Assembly (NCBI GenBank): GCA_003135555.1
Contig: PLCF01000072.1
Location: 1-64,000 of the forward strand
DNA from: Vulcanimicrobiota bacterium
GTDB taxonomy: Bacteria > Vulcanimicrobiota > Vulcanimicrobiia > Vulcanimicrobiales > Vulcanimicrobiaceae
Direction of reading: 5' to 3'
DNA length: 64,000 nt
The translations under genes were made by a program, and so were the position numbers. Under the pieces are notes generated by a model that worked only from the letters and a program-made list of their open reading frames with translations, had not been told where the DNA came from and did no database searches. This document shows, one piece after another, positions 9,568 to 21,890 of this stretch; the first letter of the stretch is position 1, and each line of letters opens with the position of its first letter.

Positions 9568-9753
9568 GTGCTGGAGATGCGCCCGCAGTGCGAGTCTTGC
9601 GAACGCCCGCTGCCGCCGGCCGAGCCGGGCGCGCTGATCTGTTCGTACGAGTGCACCTTCTGCGCCGAGTGCGGCGAGCAGCGGCTGCACGGCGCCTGCC
9701 CGAACTGCGGCGGCAACCTTGCGCCGCGGCCGACGCGTCAACCGCGAGGCTAA
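9568..9753 (+). CDS. DUF1272 family Cys-rich protein
   Basis: MLEMRPQCESC...ICSYECTFCAEC...CPNCGGNLAPRP. Confidence 0.9.
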   Translation: MLEMRPQCESCERPLPPAEPGALICSYECTFCAECGEQRLHGACPNCGGNLAPRPTRQPRG

Positions 9754-9803
9754 TCGCCGCGCCCGCCGCGAACGCCAGCTCAGCATCTTCGCCGCCGACC
9801 GAG

Positions 9804-11114
9804 CTACGCCGTCAAGTTCCCGTCGCGAACGCGCCAGCGTCCGCCGACCATCACGTGGCGCGGCGCAGCCCGGTCGGCGGCGAAGACGTAGCGGTCCACG
9901 ATCTCCGAAGGCGGCGCGCCCGCGAGCGGCGCCGCACGGTCGTCGAGCACGATCAAGTCGGCGCGTCGTCCCGCCTCGAGAACACCGGCACGCAAGCCGC
10001 AGGCCTGCGCGCCGCCCAGCGCCGCGCGGGCGTAGAGCACCTCGCCACAGGACGCACCCGCCTCCGTCGCCGCGACCACGCGGCGTCGCGTGACCAGCCG
10101 CTGACCGTACTCGAGCCAGCGCAGCTCCTCGGGTGGCGAGATCGAAACGTTGCTGTCGGAGCCGATCGCCAGCGTGCCGCGCGCCGCGAGATACGGCGCG
10201 AGCGGAAAGAGGCCGTCGCCCAGGTTCGCCTCGGTCGTCGGACACAGACCGGCCGCGGCGCCGCTGCGCGCGAGCCCGTCGCGCTCGGACGCGTCGAGGT
10301 GCGTCGCGTGCACGAGGCACCAGCGCGCGTCCACGTCGTGATGCGCCAACAGCCAAGCGACGGGGCGTGCGCCCAGCGCGGCTTCGACAGCTGCGACTTC
10401 GCGCAGCTGCTCGGCGACGTGCATGTGGACCGGGACGTCCCGCGGCGACGCGTCGACGAGCTCGCGCAGCTGGTGCGGTGCGACCGCGCGCAGGGAGTGC
10501 GCGCAGACACCGATCACCACGGAGGCGTCGTGCGCGTAGTCGGCACGCAGCCCGGCGGCGATCGCCAGCACGTCGCCGGGGTCGCCGGCGAACCGCCGCT
10601 GCCGCGACCCGAGCGGCGCACCCGACGCGTCGGCCTGCGCATACATCGCCGGAAGCAAGCAGATCGCGATCCCCGCGTCGCCGGCTGCGGCGATGAGCGC
10701 GCGCGACATGGCTGCAGCATCGGCGTACCACGCACCCTGCGGATCGCGGTGCAGGTAGTGGAACTCCGCGACCGACGTATAGCCCGCCAACAGCATGGCG
10801 CGGTAGGTTTCGCGCGCGACGTCGCGCAGCACGTCCGGATCGAGCGTCGCCGCGAGCGCGTACATCGCCTCGCGCCACGACCAAAAGTCGTCGCCGCCGG
10901 AAGCCCGCCGCTCCGCGGTCCCCGCCATCGCGCGCTGGAAGGCGTGTGAGTGCGCGTTGGGCATTCCGGCCATGACGGGTCCGTCCACGCGCTCGGCAGC
11001 GCCCGGCGCGGCGCCGGCCCGCACGTCGAGGATCGTGCCGTCGGGGGCGATCTCGAACGCGACGTCGGGCGCCCAGCCGCCGGCGAGGAACGCTGCGCGC
11101 GCGAAGAGCCGCAT
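9804..11114 (-). CDS. hutF: Formimidoylglutamate deiminase
   Basis: NAHSHAFQRAMAG, AEFHYLH, HSLRAV, CPTTEANLGDG motifs. Confidence 0.93.
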   Translation of the reverse strand: MRLFARAAFLAGGWAPDVAFEIAPDGTILDVRAGAAPGAAERVDGPVMAGMPNAHSHAFQRAMAGTAERRASGGDDFWSWREAMYALAATLDPDVLRDVARETYRAMLLAGYTSVAEFHYLHRDPQGAWYADAAAMSRALIAAAGDAGIAICLLPAMYAQADASGAPLGSRQRRFAGDPGDVLAIAAGLRADYAHDASVVIGVCAHSLRAVAPHQLRELVDASPRDVPVHMHVAEQLREVAAVEAALGARPVAWLLAHHDVDARWCLVHATHLDASERDGLARSGAAAGLCPTTEANLGDGLFPLAPYLAARGTLAIGSDSNVSISPPEELRWLEYGQRLVTRRRVVAATEAGASCGEVLYARAALGGAQACGLRAGVLEAGRRADLIVLDDRAAPLAGAPPSEIVDRYVFAADRAAPRHVMVGGRWRVRDGNLTA

Positions 11115-11235
11115 GCGCCGCCGTTCGCCCGAATTGAAGCGGTTCCGCTCCCTCAGTAGAAGTACGGACGACGCACGCGCGCGGCGGCGCTACGCTCGGC
11201 GAGACTACACGCCACGGAACGCCGGAGGGAGAACC

Positions 11236-12990
11236 ATGGACCCCGGGATCTATACCTCACTGGACGCGCGGTTGCGGCGGCTCGAGCTCGAAGCCCAAGC
11301 GCTACGGACCGATCTCGAACTCGTGGGCGACGCAGCACTCCGCCGGCGGGCCGCGACGGCCGATGCCGCATCGCCCGCGGTCACGCGCCCCACAGCCGCG
11401 GTCACGGCGGGCCTGGTCGCGGCAACCGCGGCCGCACCGCCGCGCAAACCGCGCTCGCTCGAGGATTTCGTTGCGGGTCGGGGCCTGCAATTGACAGGCG
11501 TGTTGCTGGTGCTGCTGGGCACGGCGTTTTTCCTGAACCTGGCCTTCACGCACGGCTGGATCGGGCCGGCCGAGCGGATCGCGCTCGGCCTCGTCGCCGG
11601 TACGGCGTTGATCGTCGGCGGCGCATGGCGCCGCGACGCGCGGTTCCTGCCGATCGCCGAAGGGCTGATCGGGCTGGGCGCGGGGATCCTCTACTTGTCG
11701 CTGTGGGCCACGGTCGCGCTGTACCCGCAGCTGCACGTCTCGCGCGGTTCCGCGTTCCTCGCGATGATCGCGGTGACGTCGGTGCTCGCGGTCCTGGCCG
11801 TCACCCGACGCTCGGAACGAATCGCCTTGCTCGGCCTCGTCGGCGGCTTTCTCACGCCGGCGCTGCTCGCCGGCGGGCCCGTGGACCGGCCGGTGCTCGC
11901 CGCGTATCTGTTCGTGCTCGCCGCGGCGTTCGCGGCGATCGGCGTGCGCGCTCGTTTCCGCATCGTCGAGCTCGGCGCGTTCGTCGCGACCGCGGCCTAT
12001 GCCGGAACCTTCGCGCCCGACACCACGCAGCAGTGGAGCACGGCCGCGTCGTGCAGCGTCTACACCGCGTTCTTCGCCTTGTTCGCGGTCGCGTTCTCGA
12101 TCGGCGCGCGCCGCGACGACGCCGCCTCCAACGCGCGACTCACGTTGCTGGCCGTCGACACGTTGCTGTATGCCGGCGCGCTCGAAGGCGTCTTCGCCGG
12201 TAACCAGACCCAGCTCGGCATCGCGCTGCTCCTCCTGGCCGCCGCGTTCATCGGCGTCGCCGGTGCCGTCGCGCTGCCGCAGCGTCTTACGCTGGCGTAT
12301 GGGTATCTCGGACTCGCCGTGGCGACGCTCGCGCTCCCCGCGCTGCTCCATCGCACCTCGCTCATCGACGCGCTGGCACTCGAAGCCGCGCTGCTCGTCG
12401 CGCTGGGCGCGCGGCGAACCGACCGCAACGTGCAGCTAGCCGGAGCCGCGCTGTTTGCGATCGCCGGCTGCTTGCTGTTCGTGGAGTCCTCCCTACTCCC
12501 GCCGGCCGGAAGCGCGTTCAGCGCGCTCGCGCTGGCCTTCGCCGTAACGATCGGATCGATCGCGTTCGCGCTCACGCAGCTTCCGCGCCCGGCGCAAGGG
12601 GTACCCGGCAGCCTCACCTGGTACGGCGCCGGGATGATGACGGCAAACCTGATCGCCGTCGTCGGGATCGCCCGCGTGCTGCTCGACGCGCTGGGCGGAC
12701 CGGCCTGGAACGTGGCGGTGCCGAGCCACGCGCAGGTCGCGATATCGCTGGCCTGGACCCTCTATGCGACCGTGCTGTTCGGCGTGGGATTGCGGAGCGG
12801 CCGGCACTTGCTGCTGCGCCAAGGACTGCTGCTCTTCGGGGTGACGATCCTCAAAGTGTTCACGGTCGATCTCAGCAACGTCGACATCGCTTGGCGCATC
12901 GCGTCCTTCGTCGGACTGGGCGTCGTGTGCGTCGCGGTGTCGGCCTGGTACATGCGCACGCAGGCGCCGCCCAACGAAGCCGAAGCATGA
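11236..12990 (+). CDS. DUF2339 family multi-pass membrane protein
   Basis: Many TM segments; GWIGPAERIALG; C-terminal KVFTVDLSNVDIAWRIASF; GGAGG ribosome site. Confidence 0.8.
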   Translation: MDPGIYTSLDARLRRLELEAQALRTDLELVGDAALRRRAATADAASPAVTRPTAAVTAGLVAATAAAPPRKPRSLEDFVAGRGLQLTGVLLVLLGTAFFLNLAFTHGWIGPAERIALGLVAGTALIVGGAWRRDARFLPIAEGLIGLGAGILYLSLWATVALYPQLHVSRGSAFLAMIAVTSVLAVLAVTRRSERIALLGLVGGFLTPALLAGGPVDRPVLAAYLFVLAAAFAAIGVRARFRIVELGAFVATAAYAGTFAPDTTQQWSTAASCSVYTAFFALFAVAFSIGARRDDAASNARLTLLAVDTLLYAGALEGVFAGNQTQLGIALLLLAAAFIGVAGAVALPQRLTLAYGYLGLAVATLALPALLHRTSLIDALALEAALLVALGARRTDRNVQLAGAALFAIAGCLLFVESSLLPPAGSAFSALALAFAVTIGSIAFALTQLPRPAQGVPGSLTWYGAGMMTANLIAVVGIARVLLDALGGPAWNVAVPSHAQVAISLAWTLYATVLFGVGLRSGRHLLLRQGLLLFGVTILKVFTVDLSNVDIAWRIASFVGLGVVCVAVSAWYMRTQAPPNEAEA

Positions 12991-14180
12991 GCGCGATCGA
13001 CGCCGGGCCGGCGTGGAGCGCTTGGACGCGGGTCACGCCGGTCGCCGCCGCGCCGGCCGCGCACCAGCGTTACGTGCGCGTGCGACTGCCCTTTGCGATA
13101 TCTCCGGCCGCGGACGGGAGCTATCCCGACGTGCGCATCGTGGATGCGCATGGCAACGAGCTGCCCTACGCGCTCGATCCCGCGCGCGAGGCGCCGTCGG
13201 AGCGAACGCTCGACGTGATCGATCGCGGGTTCGTTCCGCACCGCTGGACGCAGGCCGTGCTCGACCTCGGTCCGAGCGGGAGCCTCGTCGACGCGGTGAC
13301 GCTCGACGCCGGCGAGCGGTCGAACGCGACGTTCTTCGAGCAGGTGGCCGTCGACGCGAGCGACGACCGCGCGACCTGGCGCATCGTGCGCACCGACGCG
13401 ATCATCTATCGCGTCGCCCAGGACGACGGCCGCGGTAGCACGACGCTCACGTTCCCACCGACGCGCTCGCGCTGGCTGCGCGTGCGCATCCTCGATCCGC
13501 ACGCCGCGTTCCCGATCGCAGGCGCACACAGCGCGACGGTGCCCCCGCGTGAGCCGCCACTCGCGCGGTTACCGGTCGCACCCCGCGCAGCCGTTGACCG
13601 TGCGGCGCACACGCAGACCTGGACCTTCGCCGCAGCGACGCCGATGCTCGCCACGGCGGTCGTGTTCGCCCCGGGCGAGGCGTACTACGAGCGCAACGTG
13701 CGGGTCGAGACCAGCGACGACGCAAAGCAGTGGACGCCCGTCGGCGACGGCACGATCTCGCGCTACGCCGAGGGCGGCGCGCAACTCACGGTCGCGCTCA
13801 CCGAGACCACGGCTCGGTTCGTGCGCGTGATCGTCGAGAACGGCAACGACGCGCCGGTTCCCGGCCTCGCGCCGCGGCTGCTCGGCCGCGTTCACGACCT
13901 CGTGTTCGAGCCGGGCGCGGCGCCGTACCGGTTGCTGTCGGGAAATCCCGCCGCGAGCGCGCCGCGTTACGACCTGGGCGCACGCCTGGCGCACGAGACC
14001 TGGCATGCGGACGTCGCGCGCGCGGGCGGTACCGTTGCCAACGCCGGATTTCGCGACGAACGCCCCGTCGGCGAGCGCTTCCCCTGGCTCATCAGCGGCG
14101 CGCTCATCGCCGTCGCCGTCCTCCTCGGCGCCCTCGCCATCCGCACCGTCCGCCGCAGCCAGGACGACACGCCGTCGTAG
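12987..14180 (+). CDS. DUF3999-like protein with C-terminal TM anchor
   Basis: DVRIVDAHGNELPY, VIVENGNDAP, GNPAASAPRYDL; ATGA-coupled to DUF2339, its usual partner. Confidence 0.7.
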   Translation: MSAIDAGPAWSAWTRVTPVAAAPAAHQRYVRVRLPFAISPAADGSYPDVRIVDAHGNELPYALDPAREAPSERTLDVIDRGFVPHRWTQAVLDLGPSGSLVDAVTLDAGERSNATFFEQVAVDASDDRATWRIVRTDAIIYRVAQDDGRGSTTLTFPPTRSRWLRVRILDPHAAFPIAGAHSATVPPREPPLARLPVAPRAAVDRAAHTQTWTFAAATPMLATAVVFAPGEAYYERNVRVETSDDAKQWTPVGDGTISRYAEGGAQLTVALTETTARFVRVIVENGNDAPVPGLAPRLLGRVHDLVFEPGAAPYRLLSGNPAASAPRYDLGARLAHETWHADVARAGGTVANAGFRDERPVGERFPWLISGALIAVAVLLGALAIRTVRRSQDDTPS

Positions 14181-14190
14181 GCGCGCGCGA

Positions 14191-15423
14191 ATGACGACCG
14201 TCGCGTACGACACGGTGTGGGTCAATGCTCGGCTGGCCACGATGACGCCGGGCGGTGTGCCGTACGGTGCAATCGAGGACGGCGCGCTGGCGGCGCGCGA
14301 CGGCGCGATCGCGTTCGTCGGTGCGCGCGCGGACTTGCCCTCCGGTTCGACGTCGCGCACGATCGACGCCGGCGGGCGTTGGATCACCCCGGGGTTGATC
14401 GACCCGCACACGCACCTGATCTTCGGGGGCGAGCGGGTGGCCGACTTCGAGCGCCGCGTCGCCGGGGAGAGTTACGTTGCCGCTGCGGGCAGCGGCAGCG
14501 GGATCGCACACACCGTCGCGCTGACGCGGGCGGCCGACGAGGAGACGCTGTTCGCCGCGGCCGCGCGGCGGCTGCGTACGATGATCGCGAACGGCACCAC
14601 GACCGTCGAGATCAAGTCGGGCTACGGGCTCGACGTCGAGACGGAGCTGCGGCTGCTGCGCGTCGCGCGCCGGCTCGGCCGCGAGCTCGGCATCACCGTG
14701 CGGGCCACGTATCTGGGCGCCCACGTCGTCCCGTCCGAGTACTCCGGCCGCCGCGACGCCTACCTCGACCTCGTCTGCGACCAAATGTTGCCTCGCGTCG
14801 CCGCTGAGCAGCTGGCCGACGCCGTTGACGTCTTCTGCGACACGATCGCGTTTTCGCCGTCCGAGACCGAGCGGGTGCTCGTCGCGGCGCAGCGGCTGGG
14901 GCTCGCGGTGAAGCTGCATGCCGACCAAATCGCCGACACCGGCGCGGCCGCGCTGGCCGCGCAGCACCGCGCGCTCTCTGCGGACCACCTGGAGCACACG
15001 AGCGACGAAGGCATCGCAGCGCTGGGCCGCGCCGGAACGGTCGCGATCCTGCTTCCGGGCGCGTACTACTATCTGCGCGAGACGGTGAAGCCTCCCGTTG
15101 ACGAGTTGCGCGCGCACGGTGTGCGGATCGCGCTGGCTACCGATTGCAATCCGGGGACCTCACCGATCCTCACGCTGCCGACGATCTTGAATATGGCGTG
15201 CGTCCTGTTCGGCCTCACGCCGGAACAGAGCCTCGCGGGCGCGACCCGCAACGCCGCCCGCGCGCTCGCTCTCGACGACCGCGGCGAGCTGCGCACCGGA
15301 GCGCGCTGCGACCTGTCGCTCTGGGACGTCGATTCGCCGGCGGAGCTCTGCTACTGGCTAGGCGGGAGCCGCTGCGCAGGCGTCGTCATCGCCGGCGAAC
15401 CGCGCGCGCCCGACCCGGGTTGA
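14191..15423 (+). CDS. hutI: Imidazolonepropionase
   Basis: PGLIDPHTHL, EIKSGYGL, SADHLE, ATDCNPG motifs. Confidence 0.95.
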   Translation: MTTVAYDTVWVNARLATMTPGGVPYGAIEDGALAARDGAIAFVGARADLPSGSTSRTIDAGGRWITPGLIDPHTHLIFGGERVADFERRVAGESYVAAAGSGSGIAHTVALTRAADEETLFAAAARRLRTMIANGTTTVEIKSGYGLDVETELRLLRVARRLGRELGITVRATYLGAHVVPSEYSGRRDAYLDLVCDQMLPRVAAEQLADAVDVFCDTIAFSPSETERVLVAAQRLGLAVKLHADQIADTGAAALAAQHRALSADHLEHTSDEGIAALGRAGTVAILLPGAYYYLRETVKPPVDELRAHGVRIALATDCNPGTSPILTLPTILNMACVLFGLTPEQSLAGATRNAARALALDDRGELRTGARCDLSLWDVDSPAELCYWLGGSRCAGVVIAGEPRAPDPG

Positions 15424-15451
15424 CCCGAGCGCAATCGGGTACGCTGCAGCT

Positions 15452-16159
15452 ATGCTACGTGGTTACGAACGTGTTGCGCTCGCCATCTGTGCGAGCGCGC
15501 TGGTGGTCATCGCGGCGAGTTCGGTCGCGGCTCGGGTCGGGGCGGCCGCGCGCATAGAGCGCTACGACGAGCTCACGGTTCGCCGCTTGCGCGTCGTCGA
15601 CGCCTCGGGCGCAACGCGGCTGCTTCTCACCGGCAAGCCGGTCCCCCACAACAAAATCGCGGGCAAGCAGGTGCCGCGCATAACGGATGCGCGGATGGAT
15701 GCGGGGATCATCTTCTACAACGATCGCGGCGACGAGCAGGGCGCCCTCACCTACTCGGGTCGCGACGGCGAACAAGGTGAAGCGCTGACCTTCGACGCCT
15801 GGCAACAGGATCAAGCGCTGGAGATCCAGCACAGCGACGGTCCGAGCGGGAGCGATTCGTACATCGCCGGCAACGAGTTGCCTCATACGTCGCTGTACGA
15901 CGACATGGTGGAGCTCAACCGAGCGTACGCGGCGGCTAAAACCGGCGAGGATCGAGTCGCTCTGCGACGTCGCTGGCGGCGCGAAGGACGCCTCGGGTAT
16001 CAGCGCTGGATTGTCGGCAACAGCGCCGGGATCTCGCAGCTCGCGCTGAACGACGCGAAGGGACACCCCCGGCTGCGGCTACGCGTGACCGCCGACGGCG
16101 ACGCACGCGTCGAGTTCCTCGACGCCGACGGCAACGTCGTCAAATCGGTCACGCCCTGA
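15452..16159 (+). CDS. Exported hypothetical protein with beta-rich repeats
   Basis: Signal peptide; recurring (D/N)xxGxxR beta-turn motifs; TACGCT 6 nt before the ATG. Confidence 0.65.
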   Translation: MLRGYERVALAICASALVVIAASSVAARVGAAARIERYDELTVRRLRVVDASGATRLLLTGKPVPHNKIAGKQVPRITDARMDAGIIFYNDRGDEQGALTYSGRDGEQGEALTFDAWQQDQALEIQHSDGPSGSDSYIAGNELPHTSLYDDMVELNRAYAAAKTGEDRVALRRRWRREGRLGYQRWIVGNSAGISQLALNDAKGHPRLRLRVTADGDARVEFLDADGNVVKSVTP

Positions 16160-16194
16160 GCGGGCGGACGCTACGAGAACAAACTGGAGGAGAT

Positions 16195-16422
16195 ATGGCA
16201 GATAGAACATTCAAGCTGGTCGAGCTCGTCGGGAGCTCCGATCAATCGATCCAGCAGGCGGTGCGGAACGCGATCAAGCGCGCCTCCAAGAGCCTGAAGG
16301 GGATTTCGTGGTTCGAGGTCACGCAGATCCGCGGTCACGTCACGGACGGCGATGTGAGCCAGTTCCAGGTCACGCTCAAGGTCGGGTTCCGGATCATGGA
16401 CGAAGGCGAGCTGGCCGGCTAA
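16195..16422 (+). CDS. Dodecin (flavin-binding)
   Basis: KLVELVGSS...WFEVTQIRG...FQVTLKVGF; GGAGGAG ribosome site. Confidence 0.93.
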   Translation: MADRTFKLVELVGSSDQSIQQAVRNAIKRASKSLKGISWFEVTQIRGHVTDGDVSQFQVTLKVGFRIMDEGELAG

Positions 16423-16435
16423 CGCTCGCGCCTGC

Positions 16436-17236
16436 CTACGGCTGCGCGGGCAGCGCCGCAACCAAGAGCGCTTCGCACGCGGTGCGCAACACGTGCGAGA
16501 GGCGCGCGGCCTTGGCGTCGTCCCACAGCGAACGCGAGCCGTCGGCGAGATAGGTCGTCTGGTTGATCTCGATCTGGATCGCATGCACGCGATCGGCCGG
16601 GTCACCGTAGTGGCGCGTGATGTAGCCGCCCTTGAAGCGGCCGTCGACGACGACGGAGTATTGCGAGGGTTTGACGATGCCGAGGATCGCGTCGACCAGC
16701 CGGCGATCGCAGGAGGCGCCGGAGTTCGTCCCAACGTTCACCTGTGGCAGCTCGCCTTCGAACAGCAGCGGCAACGGGCTCCAGATCGAGTGCGCGTCGA
16801 GCAGCAACGCGAAACCGTGCTCGGCGCGCAGCCGCGCCAGCTCCTCGCGCAACGCGGCGTGGTAGGGGTCGAAGTAGCGCTCGCGCCGGGCCGCGATCTC
16901 TTGCACGCCGGGCTCCGTACCGGGCTCGTACAGCGCGTCCCCCTCGAAGGTTTCGGTCGCGCACAATCCCGTGGTACGGGCGCCCGGATAGAGCGTCGCG
17001 CCCGAGGGGTCGCGGTTGAGGTCGACCACGTAGCGCGACTGCCGCGCGCGCAGCACGCTCGCCCCCAGCGAGGTCGCGAACGGATAGAGGCGATCGGCGT
17101 GCCAGTCGGTATCGACCAGCGCGTGCCCCGGCACCGTGAGGCGCGCCGCGATCTCGTCGGGCAGCGACGTGCCGACGTGCGGCGCGCTGATGAGCAGCGG
17201 TCCTTTGCCGGGGCGCAGTTCGAAGACGTCGCTCAT
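16436..17236 (-). CDS. hutG: N-formylglutamate deformylase
   Basis: [39 protein letters not shown] motifs. Confidence 0.93.
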   Translation of the reverse strand: MSDVFELRPGKGPLLISAPHVGTSLPDEIAARLTVPGHALVDTDWHADRLYPFATSLGASVLRARQSRYVVDLNRDPSGATLYPGARTTGLCATETFEGDALYEPGTEPGVQEIAARRERYFDPYHAALREELARLRAEHGFALLLDAHSIWSPLPLLFEGELPQVNVGTNSGASCDRRLVDAILGIVKPSQYSVVVDGRFKGGYITRHYGDPADRVHAIQIEINQTTYLADGSRSLWDDAKAARLSHVLRTACEALLVAALPAQP

Positions 17237-18755
17237 CGGGCCATGGTGGGCAGCAGATCGGCGACGAGGGGCGTGAAGCGGCCCGCCAGCACCAGCTCGG
17301 CGACGCGCGCGATCTCGGGCGCTAGATAGCGGTCTCCGCTCCCCCCGCCGTCGGGCGCGATCTCGGCCAGCACCGCCTCGAGCGTGTTCGAGGTTCGCAG
17401 CGGGCGGCGGAACGCGATCCCACGAGCCGCGGCGAGCAGCTCGATCGCAACGATGTGCGCCGCATTGCGCACCATGTCGCCCAGCCGCCGAGCACCGTGC
17501 GTCGCCATGCTCACGTGGTCTTCTTGTCCGGCGCTGGTGGGGATGCTGTCGACGCTGGCCGGATGCGCGAGGCCCTTGTTCTCCGACGCCAGCGCCGCGG
17601 CGGTGACCTGCGCGATCATGTAGCCCGACTCGAGTCCCGGTTCGGTCGCCAGAAACGCCGGCAGCTGGCTGAAGGTCGGATCGACCAGCAGCGCGCAGCG
17701 GCGTTCGCTGATGTTGCCGATCTCGGCTATCGCCAGCGCGAGCGCGTCGGCGGCCAGCGCGACCGGCTCGGCATGGAAGTTGCCGCCCGAGATCACCTCG
17801 CCGGTCTCGGGGAAGACCAGCGGATTGTCCGAGACCGCATTGGCCTCGTCGACGAGGATCCCGGCAGCGTCGCGCAGCGTGCGCAGACAAGCCCCCAGGA
17901 CCTGCGGGATGCAGCGCAGGCTGTAGGGATCTTGCACGCGTCCGCAGTCGCGGTGCGACTCGTTGATCTCGCTGCCCTCGATGAGCGCGCGCACCGCCGC
18001 GGCGACGTCGCTCTGCGACGCGTGACCGCGGACCGCGTGAATGCGCGCGTCGAACGGCTTTACGCTGCCCAGCGCAGCTTCGATCGTGAGCGCTCCCGCG
18101 ACGAGCGAAGCCGCCAGCAGGTCTTCGGCCCCGATCAGGCCGCGCAGCGCGAGCGCGGTCGATACCTGCGTGCCGTTGAGCAGCGCCAGCCCTTCCTTCG
18201 CGCGCAACTCCGAGAGCGCGACGCCGGCGGCCGCGAACGCGGCGGCGGCGGGAAGAGCGCGGCCTCCGACGACCGCGTCGCCGACCCCGATCAGTGCCGC
18301 AGCGAGATGCGCCAGCGGCGCGAGGTCGCCCGATGCGCCGACCGATCCCTGGCCCGGGATGACCGGCAGCACGTCGCGCTCGAGGCAGGCCAGTAGCGTT
18401 TCGACGATGCTCCAGCGCACACCCGAATAGCCGCGCGCCAGCGAGTTGAGCTTGAGCGCGATGACGAGCCGCACGACCTCACGCGAGAGCGGCGCACCGA
18501 CGCCGCAGGCGTGCGACACGACGAGGTTGCGCTGCAGTTCGGCGAGCTTGTCCTGCGGGATGCGCGTCTGCGCCAGCTTCCCGAAGCCGGTGTTGACGCC
18601 GTAGACGCTCGCATCTTGGGCCGCGATCGCTGCCACCGTCGCGGCGGCGCGGTCGACGCCGGTCTTGGCCGCGGGGTCGAGCGTGAGCGCGGCATTGTCG
18701 CAGAGCAGTGCCCGTACGTCGGCGGGTCGTAGCTCGCCGGCTCGCAGGTTCACCG

Positions 18756-18759
<4 letters not shown>
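17233..18759 (-). CDS. hutH: Histidine ammonia-lyase
   Basis: [11 protein letters not shown] motif [25 protein letters not shown]. Confidence 0.95.
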
Positions 18760-20435
<1,676 letters not shown>

Positions 20436-20553
20436 TCCGGGACCCTCCGCCCAGCTACTCCCGGCCGCAGCGGCGCGGCACCTCTCGCCGCTTGCTTGGC
20501 GGAGGAGCGCCCCCGGACGGGGCCGCATCCTTGACTCCCAGGAGGGACCGCGC

Positions 20554-21108
20554 ATGACCACGCTCCACGGCATCGACGATCTGGTCGTCGCGCTACGGGA
20601 GCTCGGCGAGGTGCTGCAGCCGGTGCGCGTCGCTGCGACGCTGCGCGGTGTCCGGATCGATCCGCGCACGCTCGAGCCGTTCATGACCTGGTCGCCCGGG
20701 CGTTACACGCGCAACCTCGTCGCGCGCGACTCCGCCTTCGAGCTCATCGCGATCTGCTGGGAGAAAGACGCGCGCTCGATGATCCACGACCACGCCGACT
20801 CCGACTGCGCGTTCGTGCTGCAAACCGGCGCGATCACCTGTGAGAACTATCGGGTCGCGTATCCCGACGGGTTCGAAAAAGGGCCGTGCGATCTGCGCCG
20901 GACCACCACGCGCACGCTACGCGAAGGCGAGATCGATATGCGCAGCGGCCACCTCTCGGTCCATCGAGTCGGCTCGTGCAACGGCCGCGCCGTCACGTTG
21001 CACGTCTACGCCAAGCCGATCGATCGTTGCACCGTTTTCGACGAGGACGGGACGACGAAGATCATGCCCTCACACTACGATACGGTCCCGTCGCCGGCAG
21101 CAGGGTAG
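20554..21108 (+). CDS. Cysteine dioxygenase family cupin
   Basis: YTRNLV, IHDH, HRV and TLHVY motifs; GGAGG ribosome site. Confidence 0.88.
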   Translation: MTTLHGIDDLVVALRELGEVLQPVRVAATLRGVRIDPRTLEPFMTWSPGRYTRNLVARDSAFELIAICWEKDARSMIHDHADSDCAFVLQTGAITCENYRVAYPDGFEKGPCDLRRTTTRTLREGEIDMRSGHLSVHRVGSCNGRAVTLHVYAKPIDRCTVFDEDGTTKIMPSHYDTVPSPAAG

Positions 21109-21216
21109 CGAGCGCACGACTGTTGCCGCGCGGGCGCGTCGCACGGATACTCGACGTATCTAACGGCGCGCGCAACACGTGGGCCGATTTGCTTTACCAT
21201 CGAGGGGTGAGGGTGT

Positions 21217-21789
21217 ATGAATCCGTTCCGTTCAGGCCGGCTCTTCAGCGCGGTGGCTAGTGTTTTCTTCATCGCGACGGTCGGCGTCGCGTTCAATGGT
21301 TGCGGTTCGTCCGCGGCGACATCGGCAGTGCCGACCCGGCAGCCGGAGGGCAACGTCAGACACGTGAAAGACGCGGCTGCCCCCGGTGGCCCCAGTGACC
21401 CCACTGAGCCCCCCGGTAGCCCTGTTAATTGGAGTCCCCCCACGCCGGTGCCCGCTACGTCGCCTCCGGATCCGGCATGCAACGGGCTCAGCCCCTCGTC
21501 CAGCTGTTTTGGCCCGGGGGCGTCGCCGCCGACGCCGAACCTCAACCCGCAATTCATCGACCAGTTCGGCATGGCGTGCGATCCGATGAATCCCAAGAAG
21601 ACGATGGACGGCTCGATGCAGGTATGCTCGCTGAATCCTGGTTGGGATTCTTCCGGGACGCCCCTCAATCCGGTGCACAACGGGATCGATCTTTCGAACT
21701 ATCAACCACAGTGCACCGATATCTACGGCAGCCTGATGAACTCCGCCAGTTACCACCAGTGCTACAAGATGCGGATGTGGGTCAACTAG
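21217..21789 (+). CDS. Pro/Cys-rich putative lipoprotein of unknown function
   Basis: Lipobox FNGC, Pro-rich linker, six further Cys; GAGGG ribosome site. Confidence 0.65.
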   Translation: MNPFRSGRLFSAVASVFFIATVGVAFNGCGSSAATSAVPTRQPEGNVRHVKDAAAPGGPSDPTEPPGSPVNWSPPTPVPATSPPDPACNGLSPSSSCFGPGASPPTPNLNPQFIDQFGMACDPMNPKKTMDGSMQVCSLNPGWDSSGTPLNPVHNGIDLSNYQPQCTDIYGSLMNSASYHQCYKMRMWVN

Positions 21790-21890
21790 CGCGCTGAGCG
21801 CCGCAGAGCTCGTCGAAGCGTGAGCGAATGTGGCTCATGCTTCGACGGCGCTCAGCACGACAATGAGGACCCCTGTCACCCCGACGTGGG

